Shown here one piece after another: positions 10,201-19,478 of a stretch of DNA of 64,000 bases (its first letter is position 1; every line of letters starts with the position of its first letter). Made by a program: the position numbers and the translations under genes. Source of the DNA: Andalucia godoyi And28 (lineage: Eukaryota; Protista; Jakobida); NCBI GenBank assembly GCA_009859145.1, contig VRVR01000004.1:446106-510105 (forward strand), read 5' to 3'. The notes beneath the pieces were generated by a model. That model ran no database searches. It saw only the letters and a program-made list of their open reading frames with translations, and had not been told where the DNA came from.

Positions 10201-10366
10201 GTCGCGGCGAAAACTCTGAAATCCACAATCCAAGTGTCTGGCGGTCTATGCTTGACCACAAGGACACATCATCACCATTAGCCTCACTTAACTGTCCCGT
10301 GGCCGAAAGAGACTGAACCGCACTTTCAGGGACTGCTCGAATCAGTTCCTCCATATTTGCAATCAT
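7244..10366 (-). CDS. NCAPD3: Condensin II HEAT subunit CAP-D3
   Basis: HEAT-like helices; Cnd1-like segment (HVIAFGRFAL...NVLVVYADAIM...LLSHLLSLDYL); CAP-D3-like C-terminus (QRFKAYRYM...ERF; LKRFLQQMRSPLLKYVLDFL...QDAKEIEYEVR). Confidence 0.8.
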   Translation of the reverse strand: MIANMEELIRAVPESAVQSLSATGQLSEANGDDVSLWSSIDRQTLGLWISEFSPRPEHLLPYLCILDHALSTSTSDSLGYSASIQYLLFLSHPTTNYALYFISSMVSKCFMHMQSLNQVSCAQIVLQRAQDQKFAADVGAGVSRIPASIMPEYVNLLALFLPDQKNFVLNILLDAVVERPESVPAVMGFVHEHVSEDLTTFYQHAVYGLMDHADSLGLVLGSLKQDVLASDVFVNFIGKCLRVQNSQKRIGALEILSQIAEFEEGVIPKVYILGAQRLHDKVAKVRVKAHQVCSNLVARMAGPLIVGPRVLMQMWEDAAPMERVAILQHVEKIVDSDCELDGIAEDVERVLATLLSATLEWSPRVGDALLDLLLALLSKFASRRLLVSAVVRLLSSQDKGLAVLASGSSNQYDSLVQELILGNASFYEGCFQRYFSRCGTAGASSGSSADLFSSSHPTEYELFVAFCFSSATGKVSFAPSLLVRINSEQSFRVLSVYAPESFDSATSRTLLRMFDIKKVTEWYTPSKLTVVCRAAGDEFVTEVAQAIGSSLSEAAILVGSHISLLKKKILFPEMHRAVSSNPFASAAHVIAFGRFALSSNPKDVSRLIAMVDSSRTQDLSLIHNVLVVYADAIMLDPSLAAAFVNIADSILSSPALSALSSLTISLLSHLLSLDYLLPASITNCAILMLARGSPILFRSAIQKGVKRESLLIDGIQLYHETRMHQEQRFKAYRYMVTEMKLSERFRVFMKIVDQIAQMCDAGHSTTYPTLEDMLYVLTLPDLSSFERLSTVQEEEAATHASVLGLISSGVRDRVLPVISQLKRFLQQMRSPLLKYVLDFLVLLLENKYLRNSIREWMDLNPQDAKEIEYEVRIRSSSVPAARPQVSLQDIDRLLADTPGKQKTPILANRIIAEVDALLRSSFKTPQLKQFVRTADSAGEVRSSASSRKRARAFAEAEHSAEEQTISEFIASVSRTPSVGLQERRKVYEDAVRENTGGLEIADSLDTDLAMLATQPTSAVKNADSSRMEDEMPVRVLQFDT

Positions 10367-10525
10367 CGGCGTTTCCTTTTTTCTTTTTCAACCGAACCAC
10401 TGCAAATAATAACAGCAATAATAATGCACAAATAAATAATAATAAATAACGCCTCAAAGGCAATTAATAACAATTACACTGAAAAAACAAATACCATAAC
10501 GAAACGACAAAAGGAAGCGCAGTTC

Positions 10526-10536
10526 TTTTGGCGGGA
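10526..10536 (+). promoter_or_regulatory. E2F-like site (TTTTGGCGGGA) upstream of CAP-D3
   Basis: 160 bp upstream of the CAP-D3 ATG, in a divergent promoter; same core as 1158. Confidence 0.35.
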
Positions 10537-10678
10537 GAAGGACTGCAACCGTGCATCAAGCGTCACGTCGTTCGAAACGGTTAAGAAAACAGGCATCCAT
10601 CCGATATCCCCGTTTTCCATCACACCGCTTTCTCTTTTTCTCTCACAATCTCGTTCATTTCGTTCATCTCTCCTTTGT

Positions 10679-10680
<2 letters not shown>

Positions 10681-10719
<39 letters not shown>

Positions 10720-10733
10720 GCGTGTGTGTGTGT

Positions 10734-10779
<46 letters not shown>

Positions 10780-10814
10780 CGCGTGTGTGTGTACGTGTGT
10801 GCGTGCGTGCGTGT
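10681..10814. repeat. Interrupted (GT)n microsatellite
   Basis: Direct reading. Confidence 0.97.
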
Positions 10815-10937
10815 TTACTCTTTCGGAACTTCCGTCTTATTTATTTATCATTGTTTGCTATTCGCTTTTCTTACTGGCATTAGAGAGTTTTTGTGATTAT
10901 CTTGCCGTTTTAACTGGGACGTGGCTGTTTGTGGAAA

Positions 10938-13091
10938 ATGTCTCATCTTTCTCGGTCGCCGGCTGTTCAGTCACGTCATGAATCGCAGTTTTCGAGACTT
11001 GATGCGATCCAAAAGTCGCTGACCACGCTCTCGAGTACGACTCCGAGAAACAAGGCCGAGCTCCTGGACGAGGCTCTTCAGCTTGCAAAGTACTTTGCAA
11101 ATGAATGCTCTTTTGCAGAGGCTCAATTCCAACGGGCGTCCAGTGAAACAGATTCCCTTCGGTGGTCTCGAAAGCAGTCGATGACGCAAGGGTCCGACGA
11201 GGAGGTTGGGTCAGATCTTGACGAGCAGGAGGATCTGCGCAAGATTTCAGACGACATTGCTTCGCTGGAGAAGGAGATGAGTTCCATGAAGGGAATTGTG
11301 ATGCAAGCGGCCGCAAATGCGAGTGGGTCTTCCGCGGCTCCGTCGACATCACCGACTTCGTCCAGCATTTCATCGGGGATTTCGCAGCTTGTAACTTCTC
11401 CTTCGAAGAAGAAGCTTCCGTCCTTGAATTCGCGTGTCGGGCGGCTTTTGGAGACGAAGGCTGCGAAGCTTGAGGATTTGTTGGCGCTGTACCGAAAGAG
11501 ACTGGCACAGTTTTCGGAAATTCAGGGGCTTGGGGGTGAGATTGTTGCGCAGTACGGATCGATTTCTTCCATGTTTGATGCAATTTCAAAGCTTCGAAAG
11601 GAGAACGAAGTGCTGAGACAGCGTGAGATCCGATGGTCTGTGAATTCGCTCATCAAGAGAAGAAACCTCAAAGAATGCGATCAGGATTTCCTGCGAGTGC
11701 TTGTGATTGCGTTGCAGTCAGAGCTTGCAGCGACGCTTGACGAGCTTGAGCAGGTTCGAAAGGCTCGTCCGCATATCTATGGCCAGATCAAGCACGTTGA
11801 CATTGGTTTGGTGCATGATTTGGAAGACATTGGAGTTGATGACGATGACGAAGAGAAGGTGACAATTCCGCATCGCCTGTCGTCGGTGGACGCTTCCGTC
11901 GGTGCGGAGTATGTTACTAGACAGTCCGTTACGCCGACGTCTGGTGTCCGACACTCGGATCAGCAGTGGCTGGTGCAGAAGCTTGCGACTGCCGAACACT
12001 CCAATCAAGCGCTGCATGCACAGCTGCGCTTCATGGAGGCGGAGGTTGACAAGGTTCGTTCGTTTATTTCGCAGAATGCGGAAACTGCGTTTCCGCCTTC
12101 GTCGCCGCAAGTTGAAAAGGACTTTGCGGTTTCCCAATTGTCGAAGCGTGTTCGACAGTTGAATCATCAGGTGGATGCGTTGTTGGAGGACGTGAACAGG
12201 CTCCATCAGACGGTTCTTGCCAAACAGAAGGAAATTGATCTGCAACAGGAGATTATCGCACAACAGGGTCGTGACAGAGCATCGCAGGAATCGCTGCTTG
12301 CTGAAGCTCTGCATCGTATCGATTTGCTTTCGAAGCGGAACAATGCGCTGGGAACGTCCCTTTCGCGGTCGCAACATGCAAACCGTGTCTTGCATGCCAC
12401 CTCCACTGCCCTCAGCCATGCCTTGTGGGGCCAGTCTCCTCGGGATCGTGGGCTCGTCAATGATCTGCTGTCCGATTCCATGCGCGTGTACGGCGTCACG
12501 GTCCGTGCGGTGATTCGCATTCAGGCGTGGGCACGCGGATGGAAGGCGAGGCGCCAGCATCAGAGTGCGTTCTCTCGCAATTCCTCGTTTGCTTCACAGC
12601 AAGCGTCGTCAGTTCGTCGGGAGACAGTCTCTGTGCTGAGCCCTCGTGCGGAGGCGGCTGCTGCCCCCGTGAAGCCCTTGCCGCCGAAGGAGAAGTCCGA
12701 GACGATGGTGCTGTCTTCGCTGGATGTCTACGGACTCTTGCTCGAAACACTGATTTCCTCGCAGGCGATGAGCCACCGCAGAACAGCACAAGAGCAGTCT
12801 CACATTGTGTCTTCGATCGTCCAAGGTCTGCGTGATGATTTGCGGCGAACTGTACAGAAAGATCTGGACCACTTCCGCAAGTTGTTGCTGTCCGATGCCC
12901 AGCAGTTGATGGAGGGCTGGCGAAAATCACTCAATTACCCGCGAGTAGAGAGAGCGTCCTACACGGGAGACTGGTCTGCGGTCGAGCGGTCCAGCCAGTC
13001 CGAGGCTCCGACTACCAGGGATTTCTGCGAGCAAACAGTCGTCGAGGACGCAGCAGCAGCAGCAGCCCCAGTCCCAGCCAAGAAGAAGTGA
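10938..13091 (+). CDS. Coiled-coil protein with one IQ (calmodulin-binding) motif
   Basis: Long heptad-rich segments; AVIRIQAWARGWKARRQ fits IQxxxRGxxxR. First ATG 10938. Confidence 0.8.
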   Translation: MSHLSRSPAVQSRHESQFSRLDAIQKSLTTLSSTTPRNKAELLDEALQLAKYFANECSFAEAQFQRASSETDSLRWSRKQSMTQGSDEEVGSDLDEQEDLRKISDDIASLEKEMSSMKGIVMQAAANASGSSAAPSTSPTSSSISSGISQLVTSPSKKKLPSLNSRVGRLLETKAAKLEDLLALYRKRLAQFSEIQGLGGEIVAQYGSISSMFDAISKLRKENEVLRQREIRWSVNSLIKRRNLKECDQDFLRVLVIALQSELAATLDELEQVRKARPHIYGQIKHVDIGLVHDLEDIGVDDDDEEKVTIPHRLSSVDASVGAEYVTRQSVTPTSGVRHSDQQWLVQKLATAEHSNQALHAQLRFMEAEVDKVRSFISQNAETAFPPSSPQVEKDFAVSQLSKRVRQLNHQVDALLEDVNRLHQTVLAKQKEIDLQQEIIAQQGRDRASQESLLAEALHRIDLLSKRNNALGTSLSRSQHANRVLHATSTALSHALWGQSPRDRGLVNDLLSDSMRVYGVTVRAVIRIQAWARGWKARRQHQSAFSRNSSFASQQASSVRRETVSVLSPRAEAAAAPVKPLPPKEKSETMVLSSLDVYGLLLETLISSQAMSHRRTAQEQSHIVSSIVQGLRDDLRRTVQKDLDHFRKLLLSDAQQLMEGWRKSLNYPRVERASYTGDWSAVERSSQSEAPTTRDFCEQTVVEDAAAAAAPVPAKKK

Positions 13092-13261
13092 GAGATGCCG
13101 CATTCGCATGTTTCTTCTCTTCTTGTTTTTTCCATATATCTTTATATTTGCCAGAGGGAGCATGCGTCTTTCTTTTCATCTTCTTGTACTCTAGGAAACA
13201 CATGCGTTTGGACTCGCTGAATCCGATGCAACGTAAGCAAAACACGCGGAGAAATAAACTG

Positions 13262-14428
13262 TCATCGGTACGACGCATCGTGGTCTTCATCTGCCGCTTC
13301 GTCCTGATCACCTTCATCAAACTCTGCATCCTCACCATCGTCGTTGTCATTTCCATCCTCCTCGTCAGCGAAAGCATTGTCCACTTCACTTCCATCTGCG
13401 TCTCCATCGTCGCTTTCCTCGTCGTCCGCGTCCTCGTCAAAATCAGCGTTTCTCGAGCCTCTGTGCGAGTCATCTGCCGGATCAAGGACCAGCCCTCGAG
13501 CCATCGCAGATCTTCTGTACAGAACGAGCGCAGCGTAAAACAGGTTTGCATCCGGCGCAGCCGCCACGTGTTCCTGCGGTCCGTTTTCCAGCTTGTCGAT
13601 CTTTGAAAACACTTCCTGCCAGTGGCCTTTCCGAATATCCCAGCTCCACTCAGTCCAAAGGCCATTCACCCATTTCCCAAACTCCGTGTTTTCCACGCCC
13701 GTTAGATGACCTAGGGTTTCGTACATGATCAGTTCCTGCTCAGGCTCCGACAACGCAAGCAACAGAGCTCTGCGAGACCGTCGCTTTGACAAAATCTCAT
13801 CTCGGTGCTTTGTTCCGTATTTCTTCATGCTTCTCTTCACGCTTTCTGGATTTCGCGCTCTCCATTCCGCAATAACCTTGATTAACCGGTCCCGATGCAG
13901 TCTGCGATACGCCGCATTCGCCGCTAGAATACGCTCCTTGTTCGCCAGGTAGTACTTTCTTCGGTGTTCGCGCGCCTTCTCTACCCGAACTCTCTTCAGA
14001 TACTCATGAAGTTCGTCGTCTGACATCTCGCTCAAATCCTTGTCCGGTGGATACTGCTCCAACACCGCTTTGGACAGCAAGAGCGCGTCGTCTTTCAAAT
14101 CGACATTGAATGAATCCGCAACAATCGACTCTTCTTCGGCTCTTTTGGACACTCCTTTTCGCTTCTTGGCAGTCCCGCGTGGATCAAGATGATCGCCATG
14201 CTCATCCGCTGTCGCTGAAGCATCCTCTTCCACCATCTCTCCGTCTTCTATGCCGCGACCGAAGCGCGAAGAGCCCGCGGATGAGGAAAACGAGCGCTCA
14301 GACAACCGCAGGCCAAGGACCGGGCTCGACAGCAGTGCCGAACTGTGACGCTTCGCATGGTTTGCAAGTTTGGCAATCCACGGATTAACAGAGACGCTGA
14401 ACAGCCTCGAACACCTCATTCCCAACAT
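13262..14428 (-). CDS. Hypothetical protein: presequence-like N-terminus, four 15-aa basic helical repeats, acidic tail
   Basis: ATG 14428 MLGMRCSRLFS... is R/S/L-rich and acid-poor. Repeats begin YYLANKERI / YRRLHRDRL / WRARNPESV / YGTKHRDEI. D/E-rich C-terminus. Confidence 0.75.
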   Translation of the reverse strand: MLGMRCSRLFSVSVNPWIAKLANHAKRHSSALLSSPVLGLRLSERSFSSSAGSSRFGRGIEDGEMVEEDASATADEHGDHLDPRGTAKKRKGVSKRAEEESIVADSFNVDLKDDALLLSKAVLEQYPPDKDLSEMSDDELHEYLKRVRVEKAREHRRKYYLANKERILAANAAYRRLHRDRLIKVIAEWRARNPESVKRSMKKYGTKHRDEILSKRRSRRALLLALSEPEQELIMYETLGHLTGVENTEFGKWVNGLWTEWSWDIRKGHWQEVFSKIDKLENGPQEHVAAAPDANLFYAALVLYRRSAMARGLVLDPADDSHRGSRNADFDEDADDEESDDGDADGSEVDNAFADEEDGNDNDDGEDAEFDEGDQDEAADEDHDASYR

Positions 14429-14667
14429 TTTCTCTGGATACAAGCTACCAAGAACCCATTCTACGTCCTTCCTACAGTGTACGAATGAAACTGTGCTTGG
14501 GCTTGTCGAGTGAACCCCATGGAAAAAGCACCCACAGAAGGATCGACATGACTGTCGAGAGTACAGCCGCGGAGCCCGTGCCTTTTCGCCCTCCGTTTTT
14601 TGGGACTTTGGGACACACACAAACAGAGAAGATGATGAAAAGAGCATTAACGGAATGACAGTATCTC

Positions 14668-14785
14668 AGGTACGGCCATACTAGAGTGAAAATACCGCAT
14701 CCCGTCCGATTTGCGAAGTCAAGTGCTCTCAGGCTGGAGTAGTACTGAGGTGGGTGACCACTCGGGAATTCCCAGTGCTGTACTT
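14668..14785 (+). rRNA. 5S rRNA gene (single copy in this window)
   Basis: AGGTACGGCCATAC...CCCGTCCGAT...GAAGTCAAG...AGTAGTACT...GGGTGACC...GGGAAT...GTGCTGTACTT follows the eukaryotic 5S pattern. Helix I pairs (AGGUACGGC/GCUGUACUU); length 118 nt. Confidence 0.95.
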
Positions 14786-14788
14786 TTT
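14784..14788 (+). terminator. Pol III terminator (T5) of the 5S gene
   Basis: TTTTT at the 5S 3' end, followed by another T run. Confidence 0.8.
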
Positions 14789-14857
14789 GCGACTTTTGCT
14801 TTTCTTTCCCCTTGTGTTCTACGCACACGTTACCGTTTTCCTTGCTCGTCGACAGCA

Positions 14858-14914
14858 AGAAAAGAAAAAAAAAAAAAAAAGAAGAAGAAGAAGAAGAAGA
14901 AGAAGAAAGAAGAG
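14858..14914. repeat. poly(A) + (GAA)n tract
   Basis: Direct reading. Confidence 0.9.
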
Positions 14915-15018
14915 AAGGGAGAGGGGAAGGGGGACGAAATAGAACTCGCGGACCGAGGCGGGAAGAGCAATAAACTGAAACACATCTTTCACTTACATGT
15001 ACATCCGAGGAAAAGGCT

Positions 15019-16098
15019 TCAGAAGAGCCACACACCGAGTCTGTTGACTTCTTCAATGAGCAGCAGAGACATTTTTTTCTGTCCAGAGACGCTTGGGTGT
15101 CCAGCACAGCCGAAATCAGACGGTTCTGTTAAGCAGTGGAGATCGACAAACCCGAACCGCTTGTCGGACTGCTGAATCTTGTGCACAACGTCCAGTACTT
15201 GTGTTTTGGGAGCAAGGGGGTTCGTTCCCAGAGCCGCGATGATGTACGTTCGTGGGCCGTATGCGCTCCGAATTCTCGAGTACAAGTTGAAATACCCTTG
15301 TTCAAACACATTGTCGTAGGGAGTCGGCTGCGTGCTGTAATCGTTGTCGCCGAGCTCGATCACCACGAGCTCGGGAATCCACGAGGGGAACTTCCAATCG
15401 GATGCATTCACGTTTCCCAGCGTGCGGTCTGCATACACCGGCAGCGGATCCACCGAGGTGCGGTTTGCATCTCCATAGTTGCGAACAACACCCTTGCCAG
15501 ACCAGCACTCCATATGCAGCTCTGCTCCAAAGTGCATTGCAGTGAGCGTCTGGAACGATTCAAGCGCATTTTGCGTACCAACCGTGTACGGACAAGGAGG
15601 AGTTCCCTCAACTCCATACGCACACGAAAGTGAGTCGGCAAATACTTCCATCTTCCGTGAGACAGGGCTCCTGCACTGCACAAACTTTGCACTGTCATCG
15701 ATTTCAAAGGAATTGAAAGTCACAATACCAACCAGTGCTTCGGTGCGTTTGACGAGCGACACATCGTATGTTTTCGACCGATCTGCCGTCGATGTCAGTA
15801 CGTACACCGCACTTGGACCGGCAGTGAGGTTCAGGCGCCGGATAAAGTGGTCGTCTGACCCCGCATTCACAATAACTTCAAACTGGTTGGTTCCTGTATC
15901 CGACGCCGATACAAGCAACGTCGACGATCCAGTAAAGCACACAGTGATGGTGTTCAGGGACCAGTCCATCTGCACTGATTGACCCACCACAAGCGACCGG
16001 CCATTGCTGGTCTGTGCACTCGACGCCGGAAGCACCTCGTATCCGCTACTGCATACCAGTAGTCCGAAAGCCAGCACCAATCCGCACAGAATCTTCAT
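15019..16098 (-). CDS. Secreted SGNH/GDSL hydrolase, carbohydrate esterase family 2-like
   Basis: Signal-peptide-like start at ATG 16098 (MKILCGLVLAFGLLVCSSG); beta-rich N-domain (VSLVKRTEA); blocks FADSLSCAYG, WSGKGV, IELGDND and CAGHPS. Confidence 0.85.
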   Translation of the reverse strand: MKILCGLVLAFGLLVCSSGYEVLPASSAQTSNGRSLVVGQSVQMDWSLNTITVCFTGSSTLLVSASDTGTNQFEVIVNAGSDDHFIRRLNLTAGPSAVYVLTSTADRSKTYDVSLVKRTEALVGIVTFNSFEIDDSAKFVQCRSPVSRKMEVFADSLSCAYGVEGTPPCPYTVGTQNALESFQTLTAMHFGAELHMECWSGKGVVRNYGDANRTSVDPLPVYADRTLGNVNASDWKFPSWIPELVVIELGDNDYSTQPTPYDNVFEQGYFNLYSRIRSAYGPRTYIIAALGTNPLAPKTQVLDVVHKIQQSDKRFGFVDLHCLTEPSDFGCAGHPSVSGQKKMSLLLIEEVNRLGVWLF

Positions 16099-16423
16099 CA
16101 CCCTGCCCTTCCTTGTGCATCCGTGTAGGTCAGTACGTGCATGACTGCTCGCATTTTCTCCAATGGGTTGCGGAAAGCCTTCAAAAGCAAAAGGAAAACC
16201 TTTGAAAGGAGAGAAAAATCCCCGTGTAGAATCAGTTGATGCAACGATGCCTTTTTTCCTTCCCCTTTCCCTTCTCTCTGGCTTTTGGAAATGTCGCGCG
16301 TGCATCCACGTTCCCCTCGTCTGTTCGTTCTTTGTCTTTCTTCTGTTTTTCCGTTTATTTTTGTCGTTTAATATATACATGGATATTTTGTGGTAGAAAG
16401 AGGGAGGCGATTTTGGTGAGGAA

Positions 16424-18397
16424 ATGAGCGAAGGCAAGGGCGTGGAACCCGGAGCGGGAGGGTCGATGTCGGCTAACAACCTGATTGTCAAGGACGGAGT
16501 GGCCGGCGGCGCTGTCGGGTCGAAGGCTTCGTGCTCGAACATTCTGTTCAAGTTCTTTGTGTACATATTTGTGTGTTTTCAGAACCTTATGACGTCCGGG
16601 ACGGTTTTCGGATGGACGCCGCTTGCAACGATGCTTCGCAACGACAATGTATTTTCTTCGGACTGCACCAAGGGACAGACCGAGTGCAGTTCTCAAGAGC
16701 TTCAGCTTTCTGTAATGTATACTGTCGGCTCATGGGGCTTTGCAATCGGCGGGTTTTGCTTTGGGATCATCCATGACCGGGTTGGACCGAAGTTGAGTAA
16801 TGTGCTCGTGTCATTCTTTGCGGTGCTTGGATCCATTCTTGTGCTCATTGCAAGCAAGTATGCCATCGACGGTCTCTTCACTCCTGGATTTGCAGTGTAT
16901 TGCTTTGGCTGCGGCGGGATGTTCTACACGCAGTTTTCGTTTACAAAGTTGTTTCCTGGCAACGAGCCCACCGCAATTTCCATTCTTTCGGCGACTGTTG
17001 ATCTGTCGTCGCTTGTATTTGCCGTGTATTTTGTCGTGTACGACGCAGGGTCAATTACAGTGTCTGGAATCTTTACTGCCCAAGCGGTCATCATCAGTAT
17101 TTTCGGCGTTGCCGCCTTTGTTGCAATCCATCCGTGGGACCAGTGGGAGGTTGGCGAGTCGGGATTTCAGTGGATTTGGCTTCCCAGAAAGAAGCCCGTC
17201 GTTCACGAGCATCATCATGCCCCATCGCCGGCGTCCTCCGTGAATCAAACTAGTGCTGCCGAAGGCCTTCCTTCCGGTGCTGGTATGCAACCATCATCGG
17301 CTTTGCAGTCGACGGATGGGCATGCATTGAACGGTGCTGCGGATGCTCCTGAGTCGCCGTCTGTTGTTTCCGACATCGTGGTGGAAGAACGACGGTCTTT
17401 GGATCTGGTCCGTCCAACAGCGTCGGAAGCACATGAAGCGCCAGTTTTGGATGGACAGGATCGCGCCGAAGCGCATGGACCGGTTTCTGATTATGCAGAA
17501 GCGATTGTGCCATCGATGGACAGTCCGACCGTGGCAGAGAGACAGACAACGGAGGCGGTCGAGGCAAGCTCTTCGGATGGGAGCCCAGCGGAGGCAGATA
17601 CGGAACCAGCGCACGCGTCGGCAGTGTCCGTCGATTCGACGACTGCAGTTGCGGTGGCTGATGCGCATCCAGGCTCCGTTGCTGTCGACGTGAGCGGCGA
17701 CGATTCGGGCTGTGGGGCGGCAGCGGAGAAGGAAACTGACACAGAAAGTGAGCCGGAGATTTCTTCCCTCAGGTTATTCATCGAGGTCGTGACGTCGCGA
17801 CCCTACATTCTCGCATTAGTGTTCCTGTGCGCTGTGTGGATCCGACTCTCGTTTTTCCTGTCCACTGCCCGTGCGTTTTTGCTGTCTGTTTCCAGCAACG
17901 AAGGCCAGGTGAATACCGCCCTGACAGCACTAGGCTGGATCATCCCTGCAGGAGCACTCTCGTCCCCGCTGATCGGCATGTTTCTTCAAAAGTATGGAAC
18001 CCGATGGTCACTTGTGGCCGTCACAGCATTGTGTTCCTTATTCACTCTGTTCGTGTGCATTCCCAACCTTGGGTTGCAGTATGCCAGTTTTGTCTTGTGG
18101 TCCATTACCCGGACTTGGCTTTTTTCCACGTATTATTCTTTTGTTGGTGTCAATTTTAGCCCGCTTGTTTCGAGTCGAGCGGCATCACTTGGCAGTTTGA
18201 TCATGAGCACGTTCGGCTTGCTGCAGCTTGTGCTTGTCGTTATCTCTGGTACTACCGTATCTTTCCTTGGAGTCTACCTCATTCTCATCAGTGGCTTGGT
18301 CGTTCAGCTGTACGTCACCATCGCCTTGTGGAGTCCAGTGTTTCCAAGCCACAGCCTATCTCCCGTTCGTCCCGCTGAACCGCTTCCTCACCCGTAG
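16424..18397 (+). CDS. MFS transporter, SLC43/LAT3/Fmp42-like
   Basis: GTVFGWTPLATML...C...QELQLSVMYTVG, GIIHDRVGPK, about 12 hydrophobic segments and a long disordered central loop. Confidence 0.85.
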   Translation: MSEGKGVEPGAGGSMSANNLIVKDGVAGGAVGSKASCSNILFKFFVYIFVCFQNLMTSGTVFGWTPLATMLRNDNVFSSDCTKGQTECSSQELQLSVMYTVGSWGFAIGGFCFGIIHDRVGPKLSNVLVSFFAVLGSILVLIASKYAIDGLFTPGFAVYCFGCGGMFYTQFSFTKLFPGNEPTAISILSATVDLSSLVFAVYFVVYDAGSITVSGIFTAQAVIISIFGVAAFVAIHPWDQWEVGESGFQWIWLPRKKPVVHEHHHAPSPASSVNQTSAAEGLPSGAGMQPSSALQSTDGHALNGAADAPESPSVVSDIVVEERRSLDLVRPTASEAHEAPVLDGQDRAEAHGPVSDYAEAIVPSMDSPTVAERQTTEAVEASSSDGSPAEADTEPAHASAVSVDSTTAVAVADAHPGSVAVDVSGDDSGCGAAAEKETDTESEPEISSLRLFIEVVTSRPYILALVFLCAVWIRLSFFLSTARAFLLSVSSNEGQVNTALTALGWIIPAGALSSPLIGMFLQKYGTRWSLVAVTALCSLFTLFVCIPNLGLQYASFVLWSITRTWLFSTYYSFVGVNFSPLVSSRAASLGSLIMSTFGLLQLVLVVISGTTVSFLGVYLILISGLVVQLYVTIALWSPVFPSHSLSPVRPAEPLPHP

Positions 18398-18713
18398 CCA
18401 TAGCGTGTCCAAATGATATTTTTTATTTATTTTATTATTTTTTTAAAAAAATAATAATAATTAATTAATTAAAATACATGAAATGGATAAACAAATGAGA
18501 ACTACCTTTTTTTTTTGTTTTGTTTCGTGTGGGTTCCTGCCCTCTTTCAAATCAAACTCTTTGATTGCATCCGCGTTTATGTCTCGGACGCATGCGTTGC
18601 TGTCTTCCACCATCGTCATCATTGCTCTTCTTTCTTTCTCTTTTTACCTTGATTTCCCTTCTCCTGCGCGCGACGTCAATGGTTGAATCTGGTGGTGGTA
18701 AACTCGCCAAAAA

Positions 18714-19163
18714 CTACCATTTTCCTGCTTCCCGTCGCATCGATGAGGCGCTCCGAAACTGCCTGGTCGGACGGAGAACTGTTTGACGCGGAGTCGGAGC
18801 TTTCGTGATGGACATTGCGATTTCCGTAGCGAACGACGGGGGGAGGGAAAGTCTTGTTTCGATGTGGAAACTCAAGAGGCTCCAGCTCCCAGGCGTCCCC
18901 CCTCCGATCTCCTCTTCAGGTCTTTTGGCAGCAGCAGTAGCACTTCGTAGCAGCCCGCACAGAAGTGCCGCATTTTCAGAACCCCAACCGACCGGATGTG
19001 CTCGTACGTCCTGCTCCGCGTCCCAGCGAAAACGTACAACCTGTTGACAAGCCCCGACAGGCCGATTCTCAAATATGGTTATCCGCTGATGGACATGATG
19101 CAACCCTGAAACCATAGTCAAACGAGCGGCTGCCTGAAAATGTCTTTTGCTGGATTTCCTCAT
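18714..19163 (-). CDS. Possible hypothetical protein (149 aa)
   Basis: ORF from ATG 19163 spans a GC-balanced island between AT-rich spacers; no family recognised. Confidence 0.35.
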   Translation of the reverse strand: MRKSSKRHFQAAARLTMVSGLHHVHQRITIFENRPVGACQQVVRFRWDAEQDVRAHPVGWGSENAALLCGLLRSATAAAKRPEEEIGGGTPGSWSLLSFHIETRLSLPPSFATEIAMSITKAPTPRQTVLRPTRQFRSASSMRREAGKW

Positions 19164-19478
19164 GAAAATCCCGAGGTTTTTTTCCCTCATCTTTCGTTCC
19201 TTTTTCTCCTTCGTGTTTTTAGCATTCATTATCAGTCGACTTTTCGTGATCGCAGTTATAAAAACCTCATCAAGCGTTGCTGTTTTGTGCCTCTTCTCCT
19301 TCGTTTGTTTGCTCAAGCTTGGTCGGTGACGATTATTTTTTCCATTCATCTTGTGCGGGAAAAAGAAAACACTTTACTGTCCTGCTCGTTTTTTTCCCCT
19401 TCCCCAACCCCCCTCCTTCCCTTTTCTTTTTCGACGTTACCCGCACAGCAAAAAAACTGGAATAAATAGAGGGAAACG

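Noticed and set aside
14623-14633. ACAGAGAAGAT, identical to the U6 snRNA ACAGAGA box region
   Set aside because: No following AGC triad, internal stem-loop or other U6 sequence.
18843-18854. GAGGGAAAGTCT resembling RNase P/MRP CR-I
   Set aside because: No complementary CR-V (P4 partner) found downstream.
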